Shown one piece after another: positions 54,401 to 64,000 of a stretch of 64,000 nucleotides of DNA; the first letter of the stretch is position 1; each line of letters opens with the position of its first letter. The notes beneath the pieces were generated by a model. The model saw only the letters and a program-made list of their open reading frames with translations, made no database searches and was not told where the DNA came from. Origin of the DNA: Azolla caroliniana (lineage: Eukaryota; Plantae; Polypodiophyta); NCBI GenBank assembly GCA_043228905.1, contig JBHGNT010000001.1, positions 28,892,001 to 28,956,000 of the forward strand. The letters run 5' to 3'. Position numbers and translations under genes: made by a program.

Positions 54401-57400
54401 ACGTAGATCTATCGAAGGTGTTCACCCAAAGGAACAGGTAACACAATTTGGCACGCCCGGTTACAGCTGTGAGTGCACAGCGAACTTCGTTGAAGGTAAC
54501 CACCAGCCGCCGTTACGGCGTCCTCTTGCACCATGAGGTCTCGGCCACCCACCCGACGCCCTGAGCCAGTCGAAGGAACTTCTGACTCGGCGGTCACTGA
54601 CCAATCCTTTACCGATCAATCGGGGGCGTGTCCAGTGCAATCCTCGCCACCGGACACTCGATCGCGAGTTGATTCACCACCAAAACCCCCGTCCAGCCCT
54701 CCGGAGGTCAATCAACCGGAACTAAACCCTTTTCCGGTGCTACCAGAAGACCCACAGTACGACATCATGCCGTACCCATACCCACGATATACCGACGGAC
54801 CAGACGCGGAGTCACACGTCCGTGCCTTCTTATCCACGTGGCAGGCTAACCACTCCACGCACCGCCTCATGCCGGCCGAAATCGATGCCTCGAAGATTGC
54901 CGAGTTCACACTCTCCCTCGATGGACCGGCCGCACGATGGTACTCTCGGCTCGAAATAGGAGAGGCCACCACTTTCCAAATCGTGCGCACAAAGTTCCTT
55001 GAACTTTTTCATCGCGAGGTGCCTAAACGGGAACTGCTCCGGCAATTCTTCTCTATATGCCAGGAACCGCACGAAACGGTCGCGCAGTTCACGATCCGGT
55101 TCCAGGATCTCTACAGACAAGTGGCCGATGATGTCTCGGCACAACATATACCGGACACTTTCCTATCCAGTTTACGAGAACCTCTACGAACGACTCTCGC
55201 ACTTACAAATTTCGCCAACCATACTATCGAACAAGTCATAACGCTCGAGCAGTGCGAATATAATATGTTGAACCAAACAACGGCGGCACCGGTCTGCCAG
55301 ATCGAGCCATGAAATACATACTCTCGACCAACTGCGATCAACCGGATCGATGGCGCCGAGACGACGACTACCAACGTGATAACCGCCGTGATTATTATCG
55401 CAATGACCGGCACGACAATTATGCTCGATACGATGACAATCGCGATGATCGGTATGACCGAAGGAACTCACGCATTGATCGGCGAAACGGCAACCCCAAC
55501 ACACAGCAGGCTGCACCACCACGACCCCGGAAAAGGAAGCAGGCGGAGGAAACGACACTACCGGCCCCGGAACCCCAAACCCAGCCAAGCAAGAGAAGAC
55601 GACTCAACCGCGAGTCCTCGGAAGAACAGAGAGAGCCACAACAAGAGCAAGCCTTAGTGGTCAGACAGAGCAACCTGGCCATCACCCCTGAGGAGGCATC
55701 GCTGAACCAGGGAACGATCGAGCATGGGCAGACAACGCAGATCTCGGAGGATGAAGTCCTCGGGTATAAGGACCTCCCCGCGGAGGCTTACGAATTTAGT
55801 GCGCTCCTACGCCTTGGTAGGTCATTCGAGCTGGTCGACTTCCTCGCCAGAGCCCAAGTCGCGGCAGCCGCTCGAATGACGGAGGAGCACGCCGAAAAAA
55901 AAATGATTCAACGCGCGCTAATAGGTGAAATTGAGCCTCAGGAGGACAGGGCTTTACAAAAAATCGGGAGGAAGAAGCAGGCAAAACAGGCCGCTCTCCT
56001 CATGGAGGTACCCGAGTTGAACACAGCCCTTATCGAGGCATATTGGGACCTGGATCGCACTACGCGGGCAGCCAAAGACATGGCCCGAAAGATAAAAATA
56101 GCCCAAAAACAGGCTAAGATGGCCACAAAACTATGGCACACTGCGAACTAGAAGCTGGCAGCCTGGGAGCAAAACCAGCCGGAACAACAACTCTTGAGTC
56201 TTTTGGTAACGACCACCGAGGCCCTCCCAGCGCCTCCACGCATAACAATGATGGATGCAAGCACCATCACCGACTCAATCCTGAAGGTGCAGGCCAGTAC
56301 ACAAACGGACTCGTTACAAATGGTCGTTGCCTGCACAACAACCGAGGCGCCCACGCCCATGGAGAAGACCGAGATACCACCACCTCGTGCACCCAAGGAG
56401 GTGGCAACCCAGACAGAACCCCCGCTCCAGGATTACCGTGCGGAGCTTAAAGAAGAACAACGGCGAACCGAGAGACACGAACAACGGCATCAAGAGGCGA
56501 TGGCTCGCCTAAAAGAAGAAGCTTCCAAGCAGATGGCCGAAATAAGAGCCCAGGCCGACCAAAGGATACATGAGCAGAACGAAGCACTGGGCCGGGTACA
56601 AGCGCAAGCCGCGGGCAAGGAATCCGAACTCAAAAGCAAGCTGGAGGAATACGCAGCCACAGTGGTGAAGAAAGAGGAGGTTCTAGACCTACAGGCCGCG
56701 CTCGACAATGCAAAAGACTGGAACCAGCGGCAAAAGGAAAGAAATCGCCAACGGGAGGAGAGGATGAATGCGGAGAATGCCGAGCTGCAGAGTTAGCGTA
56801 CGACCCTTAAAGAGATGGCTGACGAGTTTTTCATCAAATGCAAGCTACTTTTGGAGCAAAAAGACGCATTATCGGATTCCTACTTCGCCCTACAAGAAGA
56901 GCAAATCGTCGAACGGGAACAAATCCGGGCCACGTGTCAGAAAGAACGGGAGCAGGCCACCGAAGAACTCACCAAGCGCTACGAGCAGGCTCTCCAACTC
57001 GTAACCGCGGATGCAAAGAACACTCAGGCCATCTATGAGCTAAGAACACAGAAGATTCAGGCCGAGGTCGACGGCTTAAAACAGGAATTAGCAGCCATCC
57101 GAGCACAGCCCGGCATGGATGAGACACGCATCCGAATACTGATCGAGAAACAGCGCCAGCACCTTACCAAAAAGGTCGAGGAAACATTAAGTCGCGCAGG
57201 AGACGAATGGGCAGCCCAAGCTGCCGAATTGCATATTTTACGCGCCGACACCGAGAACCGACGGAAGGAGGGCCGCGGCTTCTACAAAATGGACGAAGCC
57301 AGCATACAAAACCTGCGTGCAGATTTAACTGAGGATTACCAGTCCTTGGCAAAATCTCACACTGCGGCAATCGAGCAAATAATGGAGGACTTCAATGACG

Positions 57401-59100
57401 GTCAGATGCTGTTTCGCCTGGAAGCAGAAGCCTTCGAACGAGAACGACTCGCAGCCATCCCCACCAGCCCTCCAACGGCCACAGAGCAGAAAGAAAAACC
57501 TCCCAGCAAGGAGATCACGGACACGGCACAGGAGGAACTTGCCCCGGCCAACAAACATCCCATGGACGCCCACACGGTACCAGAGCCTGTCGAAGGAGAG
57601 GTCAGCGCCCACGAACCCACACCCCCACCAGAAGAATCGGCCGCACCCGAGGCGGACGCCCGAGAAGATATGCCACCCCTGGACCAAACTCAACCCCCCA
57701 CACCGACAGTCCAACCAGACCACCCTGCCACCACCCCGGACCCCGAAAGCATCCTCGACATCTTAAAGGAGGAATGAAACGAGGATCACGCCTAAAAGGC
57801 AATTTTTGTAATATTGTTAGTATTTTGTAAGTCATGGGTCCGACGGACAAGGTCCTGTCCCACGGGCGTGCCAGGTGTTGTCCAGAGGACAGAAATGTAA
57901 AATTAGGAAATTAGCAAACGCCGAGTCCGAGTATCACGGGCCACCGACGGCTAGGCGGTGTATTAGGGGAAAGGTTATTTAAACGAGGAGCAGTACCTCA
58001 GAGACGGGGGAGAAGAAAACTATAGGCGGAAGCACTAGCTTAGTCATTCGTAATTAGATAAACTCGTAAGGTCACCGGCCATAGGCCGTGTTCTGTAATC
58101 TTTTCTGTCATAGTAATATATCTTATTTGTGCCTATTTTTGCTGCATGAGTCTGTGCTTTGATCCATACCTATGAGTTTTACGCCACCACGTCTATCAAG
58201 ACCTCGCTAGTGTTTTCTCTCTAAGCCCTGTATCTCTCTCGACGCCTCTGTTACGAGCCTTCACGTACCACGCCCTTGAAGACCGATAGACGCAGATCTA
58301 TCGAAGGTGTTCACCCACCACTACACATCGTAACTGGTGCAAGCATAGGCAACAAAATGCATATTTAAAGCTACATATACCCACCCCTTCAATTAAAAAA
58401 AAGTTATTTGTAGCATTTACTTCACATTAGTAAAAATAGGGATCGAGACTCATGAACAATTCATCAAGGAAAAAACCACTTGAATATGCTTAGACCAGAC
58501 TCATATCACAATTGTGCACTCATCTTATATAGCATCACAGCTATTCCCTCCTTCATAGAACCTATATCCTACAGCAATGGTTTATTTGGTGATCTTGTTT
58601 GAGTGAGCTTCTGCCTTTCTTACTTAAATGGTGAATGTAAACTTTTTTCCTGTAATTTACATTTTTGTCTTTGTGTTACCTTTTTTTGAGTCTACAACAA
58701 TGGAGATCCTAGAAAAGACCTATCTATTTTCTCCTTTGTTTTTCCCTTTCTGGGGGGAAAGCTGACCAAAACTTTTCCCTTGACCAGCACCACATTCCAC
58801 TTACTTTTCTTCCACCTACAGATTAGTTAACCTTGTTCCTTTTCGTATATCATTTTGTCCTAAGTTAGATACTAATAGAACTCTTTAACACTTGTGTGGA
58901 AATGTTTCCTGCCCCACAAATTTTCCTTATGAAATGCAATATAACTATGTCTAAATACATTCACTGCATACTACTTTGACTGTGAAACCTGAACACTAAA
59001 CTATCCAGTTGGTATTTTGAAACAAAAAGAACAGATTTTTTACGGATACCTCTTGATCATTGTCCATATGCTTGGATAATGCCACACCTTCGTTCTCCAT
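45406..59100 (-). CDS. GRIP: GRIP-domain trans-Golgi golgin (AtGRIP-like), multi-exon
   Basis: First coding exon 59050-59100 (in-frame stops upstream); RDKKYTELDAKFGKLQKRAKQRIQEMQKEKED; ILARQQAQREEEL; GRIP domain REGVDMTYLKNVIMKLLETGEVEALLPVIAMLLQFSPEE; stop 45406-45408. Acceptor of the ~52684-53120 exon not resolved. Confidence 0.9.
51791..52090. repeat. Intronic AT-rich minisatellite-like repeat
   Basis: A(C/T)AGAAAATGCATAGATTTATCAACA recurs about 4 times with variable spacing, plus a partial copy. Confidence 0.75.
53302..53757 (+). mobile_element. 5'-truncated RTE-like LINE 3' end with (TCTT)n tail
   Basis: 53400-53520 matches the reverse complement of ~8900-9040 (GGTGCTTCCCTC core); ends AGACGTTAATATATCTTTCTTTCTTTC. 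Confidence 0.7.
53989..54445 (+). repeat. 5' LTR of gypsy-type element
   Basis: Starts TGTTGTCC; ends GGTAACA(CA) at 54443 or 54445, 3-5 nt before the PBS. Confidence 0.85.
54449..54461 (+). promoter_or_regulatory. Primer-binding site, probably tRNA-Arg(UCU)
   Basis: TGGCACGCCCGGT is complementary to the plant tRNA-Arg 3' end ...CCCAC(C/T)GGGCGTGCCA (tRNA sequence recalled, not searched). Confidence 0.8.
54533..55312 (+). CDS. Ty3/gypsy retrotransposon Gag (capsid; zinc knuckle apparently deleted)
   Basis: YPYPRYTDGPDAESHVRAF...FTLSLDGPAARWY...KFLELF...ICQEPHETVAQFTIRF matches the Retrotrans_gag pattern. Confidence 0.85.
   Translation: MRSRPPTRRPEPVEGTSDSAVTDQSFTDQSGACPVQSSPPDTRSRVDSPPKPPSSPPEVNQPELNPFPVLPEDPQYDIMPYPYPRYTDGPDAESHVRAFLSTWQANHSTHRLMPAEIDASKIAEFTLSLDGPAARWYSRLEIGEATTFQIVRTKFLELFHREVPKRELLRQFFSICQEPHETVAQFTIRFQDLYRQVADDVSAQHIPDTFLSSLREPLRTTLALTNFANHTIEQVITLEQCEYNMLNQTTAAPVCQIEP
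55309..57777 (+). pseudogene. Long single-frame coiled-coil ORF of the LTR element, interrupted by two TAG codons
   Basis: ORFs 55309-56151, 56194-56796 and 56815-57777 share one frame, separated only by TAG at 56149 and 56794; RD-rich start, basic NLS-like motifs, E/Q/K/A-rich helices, Pro/Glu tail; no PR/RT/RH/INT motifs. Confidence 0.7.
57876..58317 (+). repeat. 3' LTR of gypsy-type element (lacks last ~15-17 nt)
   Basis: TGTTGTCCAGAGG...GGTGTTCACCCA then duplicated host sequence. Confidence 0.9.
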
Positions 59101-60199
59101 ATCATTAACACTCTATTCTTAATGCAGCAACCTGAGAGCCATATCAACTATTAATGATTGGGATTCGATCAACACAAAAAGAACTTTTTAATGAAAGACA
59201 AATTGCCATATAGAATAGAAGTGCAATATGGACACAAAATAATTTCCTTAATCTATCAGAAATACCTAATTATCCATTAGCAAGATTCCTTACACTGTAC
59301 ATTTTTGTTCAGCAAACTTATGAGTTCTTAGGTTCCAGATATAGATAGGAATGATAATTGTCAAGTGTCCATACCAGTAGGTTACACACAGTTTCATGGC
59401 ATTCCTTGTGAAAAGGATGTTTTCCTCCATGATTGAGCTCTCAAAATTCATCAGCAGTCTGAAGACTGTGTCAACAAAATTCAAAATTCAAAAAGGATGA
59501 TGTTGTAGATTCTTTGTCAGTAAAATATACATGTTGGGCTAAATGAAACTTGGAGAAAACCCTGTCACATATGTCTACACTCCTAGCGCAAACCTAATGT
59601 TACATATGTACCAGTAATATAATCACATACACAACCATGAATGGCGTACCCCAAAACATGAATAGCATGACAGAAACGTAAAAGTGCATGCTGTTGATGT
59701 CATCAAGCTTATGACTGTTATCATCAACCTCAAAGTAAAGGTATAGGTCTAGCATTGTTCCTTGACTCTTCATGGAACATTTCACCATTGGTTAAAATGA
59801 TGATTACGTAAATTCTTCAAAAATATGCAAAGATATATGCATATTTGGAAGTCACATTCACAAGAACCTGTTTCTCCTTGAATAATGCATCTGCAACCAG
59901 ACTTTCTAGAGCTATGCAGCTTTAGGAAACTTGAGATACAATTTTCATATACAGTTCCCAGAACCACGCACAAAGCTATGGTCGTGCAATACATTGGTCA
60001 CACCTACCTTATATGGAGCAGAAATTGGGCACCAGTCTCCACAGTGCTGAAGATTACAGAAACATAGAAAGGCCACTATTTCAATGATCAGACATATGAC
60101 AAGAGGCAAAATACCAGTACCAATAACTGTTGGGAAAAATGAGAGAATGCATAAAGTACATAATGAGAAAAACAGGAATTAAAATATTATTAGCAGAAC

Positions 60200-60570
60200 G
60201 CTGAAGCAGGATTAAACACCTGTTGGTTTGATACAATGGAAGCTCTAGCCCATGTATTCCTAGGCAAGCATATACAGCTACAACTCAGTGGGTGAAATGA
60301 GCGCTAATCCTAGAATACATTCTATGTTTGTTGCTGTATAATAGGTTGTTAGACACAACAGTAATCCATCTACCATAATCAATGCACTTGTGAGGATAGT
60401 TGGTGCAGATCGCTGAAGCAGGATTAAACACCTGTTGGTTTGATACAATGGAAGCTCTAGCCCGGGTATTCCTAGGCAAGCATATACAGCTACAACTCAG
60501 TGGGTGAAATGAGAGCTAATCCTAGAATACATTCTATGTTTGTTGCTGTATAATAGGTTGTTAGACACAG
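60200..60570. repeat. ~160-bp direct repeat, 211-bp spacing
   Basis: CGCTGAAGCAGGATTAAACACC...GTTAGACACA at ~60199 and ~60411; possibly within the LTR of the old copia relic. Confidence 0.85.
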
Positions 60571-60599
60571 CAGCTAATTCATCGACCAAATTCAATGCA

Positions 60600-61395
60600 C
60601 CTCCCTTTCCATTGGTTGCACTTGTGTGGATAGTTGGTGGTGCTTGTTCACACCTAACAATCCCCCTTCAAGTGCTTTACCCGTATAAATTGTATCATCT
60701 GATTCAGTTCAGATTCAGTTCAGATTCTGCTTCATCTTTTATACGAGAACCGGGAAGATTTTTAATCCACTCAGGTCCCAGGGCCCCCATAAGAGATTCA
60801 CACAATTGTCCTCCAAAGGATAATAGTCCATCTTCACCTACTCATCTGACATGAGCTTTGGGTTGGGTGGTACTTGGTTTCACTATGCTTGGTCTGGCCA
60901 TGGAACACAGGAATTTTTGTGATAGTAATGCAACTTTGGTTGTCGGATGCTATCTGCATAGACTCCCCCCTCTATCGGCATCCTGATTTCTGTAGAAGCT
61001 TTCTTAGTCCACTGCTACAAGTCCAACATAGCACACCCCCTTATACTCTGCTTCTGTTGAGGACAGTGCAATACAAGTGCCATAGTCTTGAACTTGGACC
61101 TCAGCCTTTCCTTGATCTAGCCGAGATCAAACTCAATGTTGTCCATAGAACCAGACCATCCACATACAACACAAATATACATGCTCACCTTCAATTTTGA
61201 CATAGAAAGTAACATGCACTGAACATCTCTGAAATCCACCTATCATGAGGAATCTATCAATCTGCTCATAGCAGGCCCTTGGCGCTAGCTTCAGCCAATA
61301 TAGAGTTTTCCACACCTTATAGACCCAGTGTCTACTCTATGCATACCTCCTTCTTGAGATATTTATTCAGAAAGCTGTATTTCAGGACCATCTGG
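60600..61395 (-). mobile_element. Degenerate older copia relic (RT fragment, PPT-LTR junction)
   Basis: ORF 61133-61315(-) KTLYWLKLAPRACYEQIDRFL resembles KALYGLKQAPRAWY; minus-strand GAAGGGGGATTGTTAG near 60655-60669. Confidence 0.65.
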
Positions 61396-64000
61396 TGTTG
61401 GAAGCGAGGTCGTCTGTGCGGAAGATCGAGAAGCATTCAGTTCTGTTCTGAATACCTGCGTATGAGAGATTGTAGGTCGTTGCACACAGAGAGAGAGAGA
61501 GAGAGACACAAAAGACTCTTTATTTCATAAACAAAGAATACAACAACCAACCTTACAAAGAGGTTACAAGGTCACTATATATAGTGACCAACTTAGGGCA
61601 ACTACCCTTTATGATAATTACATAAATGGCCAAAACGGGATCGTGTGAATACGTCCATTATACACATGTATTCGACACTCCCCCGTAATGGGCGTATACA
61701 TGGGTTATCTAAGATTACAGGTATGGACTTAGGTTCTCGGACATATCAGCTTTGTTCGAGTCGGCAGGGTCCGAAGGCAGAAGACCGAACTGGTCGGGTC
61801 GGACGTGTTGAAGCCGATCATTAAGGAACTGATGTCGGTTGTCGGGAACCATCCTGCTCTGTGTCCGGCTCTAACCGGACTGGTTTGTCGTTACGCCCAT
61901 CTGATGCCGAAGAGACCGAAAACGGTCTGCCGAAAGACATTTGGTCATTCCATCTGCGACATTGTCGGTTGTGGATATTTTCTCTAGACCGATTTTCCCT
62001 GAAATGACGCAGTCCCGAACGAAGTGATATCGAACGTCGATATGTTTGGAGGCGTTGTGGTGAACCGGATTTTTCGACAAGGCAACAGCACCTTGACTGT
62101 CGCTGTAGACAACTGGAGCCGAGTCATGGTCGACTTGTCGAAACGTGTGCGCCAGCCGACCGAGCCATAAAGCTTCTTTTGCTGCGTCGGACGCAGCTAC
62201 ATATTCTGCTTCAGTCGTTGAGGTCGCTGTGCACTCCTGAAGTTTCGACTTCCACGAGATTGCTCCATTGCCGAATTTGAAGCAGTATCCGGTTGTAGAT
62301 TTCCGACTGTCTATACAGCCGGCGAAGTCCGAGTCGGTGTAACCGACTACGCCTGAGGTTCGGTTCGGACCGAAAAGAATGCCATGGTCTTTTGTGCCAG
62401 TCAGATATCTGAACACATGCTTGACTGCGTTCCAATGCGATCGGCCAGGGTTATGCATAAATCTGCTAACGACTCCTACGGCGTGAGAAATATCAGGCCG
62501 TGTCGCGACCATCAGGTACATAAGAGAGCCGACTGCCGGTGCATACGGTACCGACTTCATATCTTCCCCCTCCGGACCGGATGTCGGGCAGTCTCGCTGA
62601 GAGAGCCGAAGATTCATAGGGAGCGGGGTTGAAGCAGATTTGGCTGATTGCATGTTGAAGCGTTCTAAGACACGTCGGATATAGTCGGTCTGAGACAGAA
62701 AAAGATGTCGTTTATCGCGATGCCGACTAATCTTCATGCCAAGGATGTGTCGTGCCGGACCGAGGTCCTTCATGGCAAACTTCAACCGCAGTTGCCGAAT
62801 GAGATCGGCAAGTTCGCCCGCGTGGCGTCCAGAAATTAGCATGTCGTCCACGTAAATGATGAGGAAGATGGGTGATCCATCTTGAGCTGTGTTGGTGAAG
62901 AGACAATGGTCCTCATCGCTTTTGGAGAAGCCGATCGATTGGATGAAGTCGTCGAACTTCTTGTACCATTGTCGCGGTGCCTGTTTGAGGCCGTATAGAC
63001 TCTTCCTGAGTCGGCAGACTAGATGTTCTTGGCCGGTTGCCACGAAGCCTTTTGGCTGCTCCATATAAATTTCCTCCTCGAGATCACCATGGAGGAAGGC
63101 TGTTTTGACATCTAGCTGAATCAGCTCCAAGTTGTCGGCTGCCACTACGCCGAGTAGGAAACGAAGGGTTGTCATTTTCACCACTGGTGAAAAAATCTCG
63201 TCGAAGTCGACGCCATATTCTTGTCGGAAGCCCTTCGCAACTAATCTGGCCTTGTACTTTGGGGTGGTCGAATCAGACGTCTCTTTTAGTCGATAAACCC
63301 ACTTGCAAGGAAGAGCACGTCGGTTCCTAGGTAATTCGACCAGATCCCAAGTCTTGTTTGCCCGAATGGAGTGCATTTCCGACTCCATCGCCAGATGCCA
63401 GGTGGCGGAATCGACAGATGTCGATGCTTCTTCGTAAGACGTCGGTTCGCCGGCGTCGGTGAAGAAGATTCCAGGAGAATACCTCTCCGGAGGTTGCGAC
63501 AGTCTCTCGGATCGTCGAGGTATGATTGGACTGGTCGCATCGGGTATCGGGGTCGGATGGTCCGAAAGCGGATTGTTCTGCTGTGCCGAGTCGGGGTTGT
63601 CCGAGTCGGTAGTGTAAGGTTCAGCTACCCGTGAAGCTGACCGTGTGTTAAGAGCGGGGCCTTCTTGAAGGGTCGGCACATCGGAAAATGTTACCCTTCG
63701 GACTTCGATCTGTTTTTCGACTGATGGATGCATAGCCGACTCGTTGAACACAACGTCCGAACTTCGAACGATTTGTCTGCGTTCGGGGTCCCAGAGTCGG
63801 TATCCCATTTCGCCGTCGGATCCATATCCAAGGAAAATGCATTTCCTGGACCGAGGTGCAAGTTTTCGGCGATCATCTTTCGGAATAAGGGCGTACGCCT
63901 CGCATCCGAAGATCCTCAGCTTGTCGTAATTCGGCTTACTGCCGATCCATAGTTCCTGAGGAATTTGAAGTCCTAGAGGTCTACTTGGCGACATATTGAT
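61396..64000 (-). mobile_element. Second copy of the copia family (3' part; continues beyond window)
   Basis: 3' LTR 61396-61677, PPT 61678-61684, pol nearly identical to element 1. Confidence 0.96.
61871..64000 (-). CDS. Copia Pol (integrase C-terminus, RT, RNase H), 5'-incomplete in window
   Basis: 707 aa, about 8 amino-acid differences from the matching part of ORF 1457-5470. Confidence 0.95.
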   Translation of the reverse strand: MNMSPSRPLGLQIPQELWIGSKPNYDKLRIFGCEAYALIPKDDRRKLAPRSRKCIFLGYGSDGEMGYRLWDPERRQIVRSSDVVFNESAMHPSVEKQIEVRRVTFSDVPTLQEGPALNTRSASRVAEPYTTDSDNPDSAQQNNPLSDHPTPIPDATSPIIPRRSERLSQPPERYSPGIFFTDAGEPTSYEEASTSVDSATWHLAMESEMHSIRANKTWDLVELPRNRRALPCKWVYRLKETSDSTTPKYKARLVAKGFRQEYGVDFDEIFSPVVKMTTLRFLLGVVAADNLELIQLDVKTAFLHGDLEEEIYMEQPKGFVATGQEHLVCRLRKSLYGLKQAPRQWYKKFDDFIQSIGFSKSDEDHCLFTNTAQDGSPIFLIIYVDDMLISGRHAGELADLIRQLRLKFAMKDLGPARHILGMKISRHRDKRHLFLSQTDYIRRVLERFNMQSAKSASTPLPMNLRLSQRDCPTSGPEGEDMKSVPYAPAVGSLMYLMVATRPDISHAVGVVSRFMHNPGRSHWNAVKHVFRYLTGTKDHGILFGPNRTSGVVGYTDSDFAGCIDSRKSTTGYCFKFGNGAISWKSKLQECTATSTTEAEYVAASDAAKEALWLGRLAHTFRQVDHDSAPVVYSDSQGAVALSKNPVHHNASKHIDVRYHFVRDCVISGKIGLEKISTTDNVADGMTKCLSADRFRSLRHQMGVTTNQSG

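Larger units (their letters stand above)
53989..58317 (+). mobile_element. Non-autonomous Ty3/gypsy-type LTR element (gag + coiled-coil ORF, no pol), antisense in a GRIP intron
   Basis: Direct repeats 53989-54428 (extending to ~54445) and 57876-58317 with ~10 substitutions and one 2-bp indel; PBS 54449-54461; gag ORF; flanked by a 69-bp duplication. Confidence 0.92.

Noticed and set aside
56149-56796. Programmed stop-codon readthrough or U-to-C editing of the two TAGs
   Set aside because: No shared readthrough context (AAC TAG AAG; AGT TAG CGT); U-to-C editing is organellar; C>T decay is simpler.

Overview
Eukaryotic land-plant nuclear DNA with spliceosomal introns; a fern or other seed-free plant is my inference from the repeat content. 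The window holds six apparently intact host genes: an AT3G24160/ATP6AP2-like type-I membrane protein, DNA polymerase lambda, RPL12/uL11, an AIPP3-like BAH-TFIIS protein, a secreted Cys-bounded glycine-rich protein and a GRIP-domain golgin. They lie between two inverted, closely related Ty1/copia elements. The first is complete, with identical 287-bp LTRs and an ACTTA target-site duplication (TSD); the second runs off the window and is nested in an older copia relic. Introns carry RTE-like LINE remnants and tandem repeats. The most unusual object is a pol-less Ty3/gypsy-type LTR element in the GRIP intron (53989-58317). It has a tRNA-Arg primer-binding site (PBS) after the 5' LTR. Where the polypurine tract (PPT) should be, it instead has a sense copy of the same tRNA 3' end (GTCCCACGGGCGTGCCA), 2 nt before the 3' LTR, i.e. 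a PBS on each strand. It also has a clipped 3' LTR, a perfect 69-bp target duplication, and gag followed by a ~820-codon coiled-coil ORF. All coordinates and comparisons were read by eye, and family assignments rest on recalled motifs, not database searches.
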